Shown: positions 38,064-52,224, counted from the stretch's first letter. The stretch is 64,000 nucleotides of DNA from the human T2T-CHM13v2.0 reference genome, Homo sapiens (GCF_009914755.1 NC_060935.1), one strand, 5' to 3'. Translations and numbers: made by a program. Notes: a model not told the origin generated them from the sequence alone.

Positions 38064-40746
38064 AAAAAATATATCATAATCATTTATTAATGTGGAGGAG
38101 ATCCTTCCAAAGACAGCTCCAATGTCCTTGTCACACAGAGGCAGCAGTGGTCAGGAGCTCTGCTGACCAATGCTTTTGGTGCCTGTTTAAAAGGAAGACA
38201 TTCTGGAGAAAAAAGTCAGGAAACTTCATAAAATAAACAACAAGAACAACAAACACCTTTTCTTCCAGAATAAGTATTTTCTGACACTCACACCTTCAGG
38301 CTGTTGCCCCTGTTGGAAGTGAGAGAATGACTAGTTTCTGGCAGTGTGACACCATGAGCATGCTCCTAGGCTAATGGAGCAGACGGAAGAGCTCCCTCCA
38401 AGAGAGGCTCCCTGCAGCCCTCCCCTTTTTTCTTCTGAAAATGTGTGTCTTTCTTTTCAAGCCACGACTTAAAGTCTTATTTTGTTCCTACTCTTAGAAA
38501 CAGTCAAAAAGAGCCCCATACCGTACCGGCCATTTTATGAATCAATGTAATTTTAATGCAGAGGGATAGTAAAGCATTATTTGTCTCTCCGGCCTTGGTT
38601 CCTTTTCTGCATACTGCAACCATTCAACTACATCTTACACTCTACCATGTCCACGACACTGCTTATGACTAGTGACTAGAAGACTGAACATCATTTGTGC
38701 CTGCGTGCAGATAGGGAGAATGTTGTCTGGTCACATTACCACTTTAGTGGAAGGCACTCTTTTAAAATTCATCAGCCAGGTCTGCTATTATAAACACTGG
38801 GTCAAAACCGTGGTTGACTTCAAAGTGTTCTCAGAAAGTTTGATAATACACTATTAAAAGACAGTTTTCCATCTGAAAACCTGACTGGTGTCAACCTTCA
38901 ATTGGCCCCTGCATTTCCTCTGAGCTGAAGCAGCCAAGAGATGGAATCGTTTGCATGAGGAGTTCTTACTGCCACTACAGTTGTTAGAAAATATGGAATG
39001 ATCCCTCTGCCCTCCAGGTGATTGAAAGCTATGCAAAACAAGGTTGTTTCTTACTGAGCGCAAGGAAGCAATGGGTAAGAAAACTTTTAAGGCATAAATA
39101 ATACAAAAGGGCACACATTTTTAGGATACATTCACATGACATTATACTGCAAAAAAAATAAAGAATGATTTTCTCTGATTTGAGTTAAGATCCTTCACAC
39201 AGTTCACTCCCAGGCCTGTTTTGTGCAGTTGGTTACAGGCTTGAAGTCAGAAGATGACTGGTTGTTTGCACATCCTCCAGTTTCCTGGGGCTGCTGGAGG
39301 ACCCCTGAGGGGCTGTCCAAAGGAACACCAGGCGGAGGCCATGTTGTCTTTTCAGCACCGTCCTCTGAGATAGGTGGCAAAATAAGAGGATTCCAATGTA
39401 AATTGTTGCTGTCTGTTTCTGAATAGACACAGCTGTCTCCTCTGCTGAACTCTTCTGGATTTTCTGTGCGATCACAGCTGACATCGTTTCTATTATCCTG
39501 ACAGCACTTTTTTCCTCCTCTGTAATAACACACTTTGTGGATGAACCAAGATCACCAAAAACTGCCACGGATACTGTTACAGGGCCACTCAAAATAATAC
39601 CAACGCTATTGTTGGCAAGGGATTGGTAGAAACCCAAAAGAGAGGAGTTAAGAGAAAGAATTGTCAAAGTCCCCTGATGAATCTGTATATGTTCCATGTT
39701 TCTATCCTACTTTTTTACATTATGCAACCATGAGCTATGAGTGGTCACAGGTTTGGCAGAACAATGTAGTTCTGCAGGTCCACCATGTTTCTGGACGGTA
39801 GAGAGTGGCTCAGAAGTAAAATAAGGCGCCAAGTCTGAACTCATGGAAGAGCAGAGAATCATGACAGTAACATACAGCAGTGTCCATATGGGTCCAAGAT
39901 TCACATGCAGAGTGCCAGATTACAGAAGCAGGCAAGGCAGGCTTCCAGAGCAAAACCCAGGCCTTGGTTCACTTTCCAAGGTACTACAATTCAGGGTAAT
40001 CAGACGCATTCCTTAACATTGACTCCTTCCTGCTTACTAAAGACTTTGATCAGTCTTCATGCTGTCCATAGGGAGTCTCCAAAACTCAGAGTAACAGTTG
40101 GCTTACATCTTCAGTGATTCAAGTCTGCAAGGTGTATATGATTGTGCTTCGGGGGGAAAGCAGAGAAGCCACTTTCTGTACTTACAACGGAGTTCACTTC
40201 AGTGCTATAAACGTCACCGCAGCCCTGCTTGTAATAAAGTCCAGACTAGCAATCTGCCTTTGGGTTGAGCTGTTCTCCTACAAGATAAGCTGTTAAGTCA
40301 TGCCTTGATTTTAGGTCTCTCGGCCGAGCAGGCTAAGCATCCGGAGTTCCTGTGGGGCAGCCGGCTGGGAAAGCCACCCTCAGGTCCTTCCCTCCGACGC
40401 CACGGTGGCTACTATGGAAGCGGCTATGGTGGCAGCGGCTGCGATCCGAAGGGGCCCCTCCATGCACTACGCAGGGCAGAGGAGGGCGCGCGGTGTCTTG
40501 CAGGCCAGGACGCAGGCGCTGGGTAGGTCAGGCGGGCGCTGGGTCCTGGTTCTTCTGGCACCTTGACTCTGGATCCGGGCATCAGGGCTCTGGATAGGGG
40601 ACCTGGGGCGCGCCCCCGCGGCAGCGCTCCTCCAGGCGGAGGGGAGTGGACATGTAACTGGGCGGGTTCAGGGCTGCCCGGAGCATGCCAGGAGCAAGAG
40701 GAGGGATCCTGTGAGAGACAAGCGAGGCCAGCTGTAGAGGCCGCCT
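38064..40746 (-). pseudogene. CDON processed pseudogene, segment A: 5'UTR + Ig1 fused to the C-terminus + 3'UTR
   Basis: [50 protein letters not shown], then [28 protein letters not shown]. Intronless, with AATAAA (minus) at 38083-38088. Confidence 0.88.
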
Positions 40747-40945
40747 CCCATAAGTAGTTTTTTAAACCCATCCCTCTCCCTCCACTCACAAGTAGACCAC
40801 AGAGTCTATTTTGCCCATACTGATGTCTCTGTGTGTTCAATGCTTAGCTCCCAATTATAAGTGAGAACATAACAGCATTTAATTTTCTGATCCTGCATTA
40901 ATTTGCTTAGGATTACAACCTCCAGCTCCATTCCCATTGCTGTAA
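40747..40945 (-). mobile_element. L1PA/L1PB-type 3'UTR fragment (duplicate of 45015-45210)
   Basis: ttagctcccaattataagtgagaacat...tttgcttaggatta..cctccagctcca. Confidence 0.85.
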
Positions 40946-43900
40946 GAGAGTTGGTGTGCCCAGAGTAAAGTCCTTCATTTAAGCTCCCATTCACAATTAC
41001 ACTGACTCCATTGAGAACCTTATGGTGAAGGTGGGAACAGCCACTGCTGAGACCGACATGGCTCAGTAAACCTCCATGAACACTTCCATTTATCTCATTT
41101 GCTCCTGAGAGAGTGGTGTATTACATCATCTGCCCATTAATATCTGATCCTTGATAGAGGTATCCTGGAGGGTCATATTTCTGTATGATATTCTGCTGGC
41201 GATTCCTCCGCAGGCACATTTCAATGAAAACCATAAGAATGAGGCCCAAGACACCCAGCATACAGCCAAGGATCAGATAGAACAGGTCACTGCTTCTGTC
41301 AGGGCTGGTTGCTGGCCTCACATTTCCTTCACTTCCTGAGGAATTCAGACGGGTACTCAAGTCTTTCGGATACTCAGAAGCTCCAGGAACGCATTTTACT
41401 TTAGTCTCGCAGATCATCATACTGCTAAACTCACTTTCTTCTCCTTCACTGAAGCACTGCATTTTAATGCCATAGGAAGTTTCTGACAGCAGATGGCCAA
41501 TCACGTGCCACTCCTTTGAACCTTCTGTAACATCCCTCTTATAAACATTGTCATTGTCATTATCTGTGGGTCGGTAATAGATATAAAAGAATGGAAGCGT
41601 TATTATTTCACGGAATGTATGTCCACTTTAGCACAATCTGAGTAATGCTGACAGCCTCCGTGTACACAATGTGAGGTCCATTATTGGACAGTTGGAAAAA
41701 AGTTTGGGGAACCCAGTCACCAGGTAAGGATGAGACGCTGAACTCTGAAAACTCTCTTCATAATGGTTGATAGCAACGACCCTAAATTTGTATGTTGAAC
41801 CTGGTTCTATACTACAAACTTCCACAGAAATTTTGGAAGGAAGGATATCTTCAGCTGCCACCAGCCAGTCACTGGTCCTCATCCATTTATATTTGACCTC
41901 GAAGGCAGGGATTGAAGAATTCCCATCTGCCCAAGGAATTCAAGTGACATAGACCAACCTCTCTGATGCAGTGGAGATAATCAGGTGATCTGGTGCCTCT
42001 GGAGCACCACTGTGCCTAGATGAATCTGTAAGCACCACTCCAAAATTGTTGTTTGAAGCTTCTGAAACAACAGGATACTCGGGGGTGCTTGTGGGTTGAG
42101 AGGATGCCTGGGTGTTTTTTGATGATGTTGTTTTTTCTTTGCTGGTTCAGAAGGTAAGCATGGCAGGTGGGTTTTCACCTGCAGCACTTCTTGCTACCAT
42201 CAAGAGTTCATAAAGACTAGATGGCTCTATTTCAGCTAAATGAAGCTCACTTTCACCTCCTGGGATTCAAACCCTGTGCCAACTTCCCACCACACCAACT
42301 TCATACTCCAGATTTTGATACTTCACAAAATAGGCATTGATGGGCAGTCCACTTTCCTTGCCTGCCCTCCACACAAGGTTGTATGTATCTGCTATGGGGG
42401 TCTGTAGGGTTTCAATTTGATGGGGACCTCAGGAACAGAGATGCCACCAGCATTTTTCTCTGATGGTGATTCCACTGCACTGAGGTGTACTTTCTCTGGA
42501 AATGAGCTGAATAATCCACTTTCTGAACCATCTCTTATTTTTTTCATTATTCTGAGTAACATCAAAAAGTGCGACTGTTTCTGCTTTTGTTTGTTTCAAA
42601 AGGAACAACCATGAGAGGTGGTTCTGCCTGCATGGTACCATGTTCTTTTGTAGCTTCGCAGATGTATTTCTCCACATGCTCCTGCATCACAGCCTGAGTA
42701 TGGAGAGAGCTCAAGCCAGCTTGGGACATGATGAAATAGGCAGGGTCTAGGTCCAAGATTCCAGGTCTTGATAAGTGTGACTTTTGGGATTTAGATCTAA
42801 GGACTTAAGACAGATGGCTGGTTATCAATCCGTGGATGTCATACCAACAAATGACCGGACCCAGCAGCCTGGTAGCATTGTAGGACAGAGTAAACAAAGT
42901 CTCCATCTACCACTTTTATGCTTGCTGGTGCCATAATTATAACTCGCTTGAATCCATTGCCTTTTTCTATTTCAAGTCTTCCAGTAGACTGCATAAATCC
43001 AGCCTCGTTATCTGCTAAACACTGATGTAGCCTAGTATCTTGCATAATAACCCCACTGAATTTCAGTCAATTTCCTGCAGTTCGATGTCTTGAGGAAGGA
43101 TGATTAGGCTGTGAATTATGAAACCAGTTATGGTTGGCAGCTGGGTTCCTACAAACATCAGAGATAAAGTGTACTGTGGAAAATAGAGACACTATCTGAT
43201 CCTGTAGTCCCTTAGAGTAGGAGCGTGTTCAAGTACATTAACCATGTATGCCACATATTTTACATCTCCAGAGTTGTTTCCCACCATGCTGGAATTGTTT
43301 CCAGAGTCCACTGGGTCAATGCTATCTATGGCAAGATGAGAACACAACCTTCTCCAGTTGCTTCCCAGGGCAATATCCTGCCTGTTCTTCAGCCAACACA
43401 CTTGAGGAGCCAGGACCCCACTAAACACACACTCCAAAGTTACAGGGCTATGTGAATGAACAGCTAATACCTGTGAACGAGCAGGGGAAGAATGCCAAAA
43501 TCATCTGAAGAAAGGTGACTCACAAGGAGCTTTTGGCCAATGGGTTCAACTCTTAATTCATGTGTGGCCGGATTATAAGCTGCACATTTGTGTGATCCCT
43601 TGTCCTCTGAGGATACATTCAAAATCTAAAGATGTTCTTGTGGAGGGATTAAGTAATTCTTTGTGGAATGCTTCAGCCACTTCCCCTGGATTTTAGCGCA
43701 CACCTCAGCTTTGGGGTTACTCTCTGGTACCCTGCAGCCAATGAAACCAGCACCTTTATTATTTTGCTGTAATAAAATGCTTTGTGGATGAATCAAAATC
43801 ACCAAGAACTGCTGTGGATACTGTTACAGGGCCACTTACAACAACACCGACCTATTGTTGAGAATGCACTGGTAGTAACCCAAAAGGGAGGAGTTAAGAG

Positions 43901-45014
43901 AAAAAAATTGTCAAAGTCCCCTGATGAATCTTAATATATTCCATGTTTCTATTCTATTTTTTCCATTATGCGACCTTGAGATGTGAGTGGTCACAGGTTT
44001 AGCAGAACAATATAGTTCTACAGGTCCACTAAGTTTCTGGACGGCAGAGGGTAGCTCAAAAGTGAAATAAGGTGCCATGTCTGAACTCCCAAAAGAGCAG
44101 AGAATCGTAAGAGTAACAGACGGTGGTGTCCATAACGGGCCAAGATCTGGATGGTGAGAGCGCCAGATTACAGAAGCAGGCAGGACAGGCTTCCAGAGCA
44201 AAACCCAAGCCTTGGTTCGTTTTCCAAAATACTGTAGTCCAGAGTAAGCAAACACATTCTTTAACCTTGACTCCTTCCTGCTTACTAAAGACTTTGATCA
44301 GGGACGGTCTTCATGCTGTCCACAGGATGTCTCCCAAAATGAGAGTAACAGCTGACTTACATCTTCAGTGATTCAAGTCTGCAAGGTGAATACACTTGTG
44401 CTTGGGACGGAAAGCAGAGAAGCCACTTTCTGTTCTTAGGGTGGAACTCACTTCAGTGCTAAAAGCACATCATAGCAGTTCTGCTTGCAATAAAGTCCAA
44501 ACTAACAATCTGCCTTTGGGTTGAGCTTTTCTCTTACAAAATAAGCTGTTAAGTCATGCCTTAATTTTAGGTCTCTCCACGGCGCGGGCTAAGCATCTAG
44601 AGCTCCTGTGTGGCAGCCAGCTGGGAAAGCCACCCCTGTGTCATGCCCTCCGGCGTGAGGCAGCGGCTGTGGTGGCAGCTGTGATCTGAAGGGGTCCCTT
44701 CAGGCCCGGCACAGGACAGAGGAGGGTGTGGTGCCTCGCACGCCAGGGCAGAGGCTCTGGGTTGGGCGAGCGGCCGCGAGGTCCCAGGTCTCCTTGCACT
44801 GTGTGACCTCAACTGGGAACCAGGGCTCAGGTGTGGGTAACTGGGTTGGGGGTGGGGTGCGGAGTGACAGGATCCATCCCTGTGGCAATGCTACTCTAAA
44901 TGGAGGCCTACCTACAGGTAACCAGGTGGTCACAAGGCCCAACAGGAGCAGGAGAGGAGCAGGAGGAGGAGCGATCCCAGAGACAGACAGGCAAGGCAGG
45001 CTGTAGAGACCGCC
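40946..45014 (-). pseudogene. CDON processed pseudogene, segment B: 5'UTR, Ig1-5, FN3 repeats, TM and part of the cytoplasmic tail
   Basis: [98 protein letters not shown] and [37 protein letters not shown]. Intronless, with many frameshifts and stops. Confidence 0.92.
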
Positions 45015-45500
45015 CCCAGTCGGTATTTTTTCAAGCCATCCCTCTCCCGCCACCCTCAAGTAGTCCACAGAGTCTATTTTTCCCATATTGATGTCTATGT
45101 GTGTTCAATATTTAGCTCCCCATGTAAGTGAGAACATACAGCATTTGGCTTTCTATCCTGCATGAATTTGCTTAGGATTAAGGCCTCCAGCTCCACCCAC
45201 ATTGTTGTAAAGGACATGATTTCATTCTTTTTATGGCCGTATAGTATTCCATGGTGTATATGTACCATATTTTATTTATACAGTCTACCATTGATGGACT
45301 CCTGGGTTGATTATGTCTGCTATTTTGAATAGTGCAGCCATGAACATAGGAGAGTATGTGTCTTTTTGTTAGAACGATGTATTTTCTTTTGAGTATGTAC
45401 TCAGTAATGAGATAATTGGATCAAAAGGTAGCTCCGTGTTAAGTTCTTTGAGAAATCTCCAGACTGTTTTCCACAGTGGGTGCACTAATTTACATTTCTT
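45015..45500 (-). mobile_element. L1PA/L1PB-type 3' fragment (host of the CDON insertion; its other part is at ~38015-38063)
   Basis: aaggacatgatttcattctttttatggc..tagtattccatggtgtatatgtacca...ttccacagtgggtgcactaatttaca. Confidence 0.9.
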
Positions 45501-45937
45501 GTTCTATCTTTAGTTCACAAAATTTCTACTAGACCCAGCTCAGGGTTGCAGCCCTGACTGCAGCAGGTGCTGGGGCTTCCCTAAGTAGATACTGTGCACA
45601 GATAAAGAGAGTGCTCAGATCCCGGGGTTGTGAGAAGAGAAGCAGAAGAAGGAGTTAAGGAGAGGGCCACATTTGGATGCCCTGAGGAGGGATGACAGGC
45701 AGATGTAAGGAAGGTGGTACTGTGCTAGTCACTGGTGACATCCTCCTAGTTCCACAATCTCCTGGAAAGCAGGAAGCCTCACAATTCCCAAGCATGCTGC
45801 AGTTCTGGAGGGCACAGGGCTACTATTCTTCCCAGCTTGACTCTCTTTTCTCCCAATAAACATGGGACTCTGAAGCCAGGAGTCAGAATGAATTATCTTC
45901 CACCCACACAACATTTAAACCTTCGATTTATGATTGA

Positions 45938-45940
<3 letters not shown>

Positions 45941-45967
<27 letters not shown>
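45941..45967. repeat. (CA)n microsatellite
   Basis: About 13 CA units. Confidence 0.95.
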
Positions 45968-45968
<1 letters not shown>

Positions 45969-46129
45969 GCGCAGGCACACACATGCATCTGTCTCTGTAA
46001 TAAAACGTCCTTAGCTAATGCTAGACAGATCTGTGATCTGTGATTATCTCTACCCTTTTGGGCAACAAGAATAGTGAATTGATTGACAAAATTGATTGAC
46101 TCCTGGAAAGTAGTGTAAAAATGTAATAT

Positions 46130-49100
46130 ATATGTAAGACACATGGTGTCTTCCCCCGTGACATTAGCAGCAACATTCCCCTAGAATATTACAAATAATA
46201 TCAGAGGGGGTGTACACACATAATGTACATACCTTGTAAAATTAGGAGTAGCATCTCCCTAAGATATCATTAATAGTATCACAGAATGTGTACACACATG
46301 GCTTATACCCCATATGATGTTAGGAGTTACATCCTTCTAGTATGTTAGGAATAATACCACAAAGTTGTTCACACATGGATAACGGCATATGTAATATCAG
46401 GATTAACATGCCTCGAAAATATTACAAATAACATCACAGGGGGTGTGCACACATAACGTGCATGCCCTGTGACATTAGGAGTACATTTCCCTGACACATT
46501 ACGAGTAATATCAGAGAGTGTACACCTTCTGTGACATTTCGAGTAATGTCCCCTGGATAGTACGAATAATATCATAGGGTGTACATCCCCTGTGACCTGA
46601 GGAGCAACATCTTTCTTGGATAATGCAAATAATATCACAAAATATACAGCCCCTGTGACATTAGGAGTAACATCCACCTAGGATATTATGAATAATATCA
46701 CAGGAAGTATACCCCGTGTGACAATAGGAGTAACCTCCCCCAAGGATATAACGAACAAATGCAGAGGATGTACATGTGTTGTGACATTAGCAGTAACATC
46801 CATTTAGGATATTATGAAAATTATCACACTGTGAACACCCCCTGTGATATTAGGAGTAACATCCCCCTACAATATTGGGAACAATATCACATGGTGTACA
46901 TTCCCTGTGACATTAGAGGTATCATTTCTTTAGGATATTATGAATAATATTACAAGATGTACAGCCCCTGTGATATTAGGAGTAACATTTCCATAAAATA
47001 TTACGAATAATATCACTGCGTGTACACCACGGGTGACATTAGGAGTAACAGCACCCAAAACTATTAGGAATAACTTCACAGGGTGTACACCGTCTGTGAC
47101 ATTAGGAGTAACATCTTTCTAAAATATTACGAATAATATCGCAAAAGATACACCCCCTGTGACATTAGAAGTAACATCCACCTAGGATATTATGAATAAT
47201 ATCACAGGGAGTACACCCCCTGTGACATAAGAAGTAACACCGCCCGAAGATATAAGAAATAATATCAGATTGTGTACATGCATTGTGACATCAGTAGTAA
47301 CATCCCTTTAGGATATTACGAATATTATCAGAGTGTGAACACCTTCTGTGACATTAGGAGTAACATCACCCTACAATATTGGGAATAATACCATACGGTA
47401 TACACTGCCTGTGACATTAGTAGTAACATTTCTTTAGGATATTACGAATAATATGACAGGGTGTATGGCCCCTGTGATATTAGGAGTAACATATCCAAAA
47501 AACCTTACAAATGAAATCACTGTTTGTACACCACGTGTGACATTAGGAGTAACATCTTCCTTGGATATTATGAATGAGATCATAGGGTTGACGCCCCATG
47601 TGATTTTGAAATTAAAATCCCCCAGGAATATTACTAATAATAACACAGGGTGTACACCGTTGTGACGTTAGGAGTAACATCCTCCCAGGATATTACAAAT
47701 AATATCAGAAGCTGTACACACATTGTGACATTAGTAGTAATATCGCATGAGTAAAGTGTGAATAATATCACAGGGTATACACACCTGTGACATTAGGAGT
47801 AACATCCCCCTGGAATATTCTGAATAATATCGCAGGGTTTACACCTCCTGTGACTTTAGGAGTATCATCTCACTAAAATATTACGTGAATAATTGTAAAA
47901 TTACGAGCATCTCACTAAGATATTATGAATAATATCACAGAATGTGTACACACATGGCGTATACCCCATGTGATGTTAGGAGTTACATCCTTCTAGTATG
48001 TTAGGAATAATACCACAAAGGTGTTCACACATAGTTAACAACATATGTAATATTAGGATTAACATCCCTCGAGAATATCACAAAGAACATCACAGGGGCT
48101 GTGCACACATGATGTGCATGCCCTTTGACATTATAAGTACATTTCCCTGACACATTTCCAGTAATATCACAGCGTTTACACCTTCTGTGACATTTGGAGT
48201 AACATCCCCTAGGATAGTACAAATAATATCACAGGGTGTACATCCCCTGTGACCTGAGGAGTAATATCTTTCTAGAATACTATGAATAGTATCACAATGT
48301 ATACACCCCGTGTGTCATTAAAAGTAAAATTCCCCTAGGATATTATGAAAAATAACACAGGGAGTACACCCCCGTGTGACATTAGAAGTAACATCCCCCG
48401 AGGATATAACGAATAATATCAGAGAATGTACATGCATTGGGACATCAGTAGTAATATCTCTTTCGGATACTACGAATAATATCAAAGGGCGTACATGCAT
48501 TGTGAAATTAGTAGTGAACTCCCGCTAGGATATTACGAATTTTATGACAGGGTGTATATGCCCTGTGACATTCAGAGTAACGTTTTCCTAGAATATTACG
48601 AAGAATATTAAAGGGTGTACAGGACCTGTGATTTACGAGTAACATTTCCATAGAATATTACACTGTGTGTACACCCCGTGTGACATTAGGAGTAACATCC
48701 CACAAAACTATAACGAATAATTTCACAAGGTGTACACCCTCTGCAACATTAAAAGTAACATTTCCCTAGAATATTACGATAATATCACAGAGTGTACACC
48801 CCCTGTGATATAGGGAGTAACATCTTATAAGGATAATACGAGTAATTTGATAAGGTGGACAAACCCTGTGACACAAGGAGTAACATCCCTCTAGGACATT
48901 ACAAATAATATCAAAGGGAACACACCCCGTGTGACAATAAAGGTAACCTCCCCTTAGGATATTACGAATAATACCACAAAGAGTACACACACTGTGATAT
49001 TATTATTAATGTCCCACTAGGGTATTGTGAATAATATCACAGTGCGTACAGTCCTGTGACATCAGGATGAACATTCCCCTACAATATTACGAATAATATA

Positions 49101-49200
49101 GCAGGGTATACACCCCCTGTGATATTGGTAGTGCCATCCTCCTAGAATATGGAAAATAATGTCCCAGGGTGTTAACGAAGGGTGGCAGTAGAGGTAAAAT
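46130..49200 (+). repeat. SATR-type satellite, block 1 (~62-64-bp monomer)
   Basis: Monomer approximately gtgtacaccccctgtgacattaggagtaacatcccctaggatattacgaataatatcacagg. Confidence 0.9.
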
Positions 49201-51965
49201 CCTAGTAGTGGAGTAATATCACCCCTCCTCTACCCCCAGGATATTACGATCCACGGTGGACACACAGCGTGTTTACGTTATTGTGAGTAATATCTTCTCC
49301 GCCTCTGGAGATTACCAACTGTCATAGAAGGGTGTACATCCTCTGCACTATTTGCAGTAATGGCATCCCCTTGACCCTGGATATTAACAACAATATCAGG
49401 AGAGGATGATATTACTCCCAATATCACAGAGGGTGTACACCCCGCCTGTCATATTATTCCTACTATCCAGAATAAGAGAGAATGATATTACTCGCAATAG
49501 TGCCGGGGCCTACACCCCCCTTGTGATATTGTTCCTAATATCCAGGGAGGGAGATCATGATATTAATAACTCCCAATATCGCTATGGGTGTACACCAACC
49601 CTGTGATATTGCTCCTAATATCCAGGGGGTAGAGTATGACATTACTCCCAATGTTTTTCTTGGGAGTGTTTCTACCCCCAGCGGCATTGGGTGTAGTATC
49701 ATCCTCTCCCACGTTGAAATTAGGAACAATATCACTGGGGGCGTGTACACACCCTGTGATATTGAAAGTAATATCATCCTCTTTTCTCCTGGATCGTGGG
49801 ACCAATATCAATGGGAAGCGTACGCTTTCTGCAATATTGGGAGTAATGTCATCCTCTCCGCCTTTGAATATTAAGGGCAATGTCACAGGGCGGGTGTACA
49901 CTCTCTGCGATATTGGCAATGTTATCCTCTCCCCAAACTGCATATTAGGAAAAATAACACAGAGTGGGTGTACACCTTCTGCGATATGAGTAGTAATATC
50001 ATCTTCTCCCCTTCTGGATATTAGGAACAATATCACTCGGGAGTGTACACTTTCTTCGAGATTGAGAGTAATATCATCCTCTCCGCCTTTGAATGTTAAG
50101 AGAAATATCACAGGGGGGATGTACAGCCCCTGAGATTTTGGGAGTAATATCGGGCTCTTTCCCTCCATGGATATTAGGAACAATATCTCAGGGTGGGTTT
50201 ACACCTCCTGCTATATGGGGAGTCGTATCCTCTCTTTTCCTGGATATTAGGGACAATATCACAGGGTGGGTGTACACAGCCTGCGATATTGCTGTAATAT
50301 CATCCTCTCGCCCTCCGGGTATTAAGAACAATATCACAGAAGGGGCGTACACTCCCTGTGATATTGGGAGTAATATCATTTTCTCCTTCCATGAATATTA
50401 GGAGCAATATCCCTGGGTGGATGTACACCCACTGTTACATTGGGAGTAATGTCATACTCTACCCCCTGGATATTAGAAGCAATATCACAGGGTGGGTGTA
50501 CACCCATAGCGATATTGGGAGTTATTAATATCATGCTCTCCCTCCCTGGATATTAGGAACAATATCACAAGGGGGGTGTACACCCCGGCACTATTGCGAG
50601 TAATATCATTCTCTCTTATTCTGGATAGTAGGAATAATATGACAGGCGGGGTGTACACCCTCTGTGATATTGGGAGTAATATCATCCTCTCCCAACGTGG
50701 ATATTAGGAACAATATCACAAGGGGGGCTGTACACGTCTTTGACATTGGTAGTAATATCATCCTCTCCCCCTTGCATATAAGAAACAGTGTGACAGGCGG
50801 GGTGGACACACCCTGCGATATGGGGAGTAATATCACCCTCCTCTCCATACCTGGATATCATGACCCACGGTGGACACACAGCGTGTTTACGATATTGTGA
50901 GTAATATCATGCCCCCTCTAGAAATTATGAACAATATCACAGATTGGTGTACACCCTCTGCACTATAGGGAGTGATAACATCCTCTCCACCCCTGAATAT
51001 TAGGAACAATATCAAAGAAGTGTTTATACCCCCTGTGATATTGGGAGTAATACCATCCTCTCCCACGTTGAAATTCAAAACAGTATCACTGGGGGCGTGC
51101 CCACCCCATGTGATACTGAAAGTAATATCATCCTCTTCTCTCCTGGATCATGGGAACAATATCACTAGGGTGGTGTACACTTTCTGCAATATTGGCAGTA
51201 ATATCCTCTTCGCCTTGGAATATTAAGGACAATATCACAGGGGGGCTGTACACATCCTGCGCTATTAACAATAATATTATCCTCTCACGCCCTGCATATT
51301 AGGAAAAATATCACAGAGTGGGTGTACACCTCCTGCGATATGGGGAGTAATATCATCTTCTCTTCTTCTGGAAATAGGAAGAATATCACACGGGTTTGTG
51401 CACTTTCTGTGATATTGGGAGTAATATCAACTTCTCCGCCTTTGAATATAAAAAAACAGTATCACAGAATGGATGTACACCCCCTGCGATATTGGGAGTA
51501 ATATCAGCCTCTACCCTCCATGGATATTAGGAATAATATCCCAGAGTGGGTGTTCAGCTGCTGCTGTATGGGGAATCATATCATCCTCTCACTTCCTGGA
51601 TATTATTAGCAACAATATCACAGGGTGGGTGTGCATAGCCTGCAACATTGGGAGTAATATCTCCCTCTCCCCCTCCGGATATTAGGAACAATATCACAGA
51701 ACGGGTGTACACTCCCTGCGATACTGGGAGTAATATCATTCTCTTCGTCCGTGAATATTAGGAGCAATATCACTGGGTGGATGTACACCCACTGCTATAT
51801 TGGGAGTAACGTCATACTCCACCCCCTGGATATTCGGATCAATATCACCGGGTGGGTGTACACCTACTGCAATATTGAAAGTAATACCATGCTCTCTCCC
51901 TCCCTGGACATTAGGAACAATATCATAGGTGGGTGTACACGCACTGCGGTATTAGGAGTAATATT
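49201..51965 (+). repeat. SATR-type satellite, block 2 (~72-bp monomer) with an internal inverted segment
   Basis: Monomer approximately gtgtacaccccctgcgatattgggagtaatatcatcctctcccccctggatattaggaacaatatcacagggtgg. Confidence 0.9.
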
Positions 51966-52224
51966 ATTATTAATTATTACTTATTTATTATTAACATTAA
52001 CATTAATTACCAGTATCAATATTGAGAAATAATTGCTAACAAAAAGTTTTCATATTATTAACATTAATATTAATTATTGGTACCTAATATTATTTTCTAA
52101 TTAATAAGATCAGTATCAATTGTTAATATCAGTCATATTAATAATTAATATTAATAATTTTATTGTTATCATTAATATAACTATTTAATAATAATTATCA
52201 TTATTATCAGTATTGATTTTAAAT

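Noticed and set aside
46130-51965. Regularly spaced repeats resembling a CRISPR array, and ORFs up to 206 aa
   Set aside because: These are diverged tandem satellite monomers without unique spacers or cas genes, in primate DNA. The ORFs are repeat artefacts.
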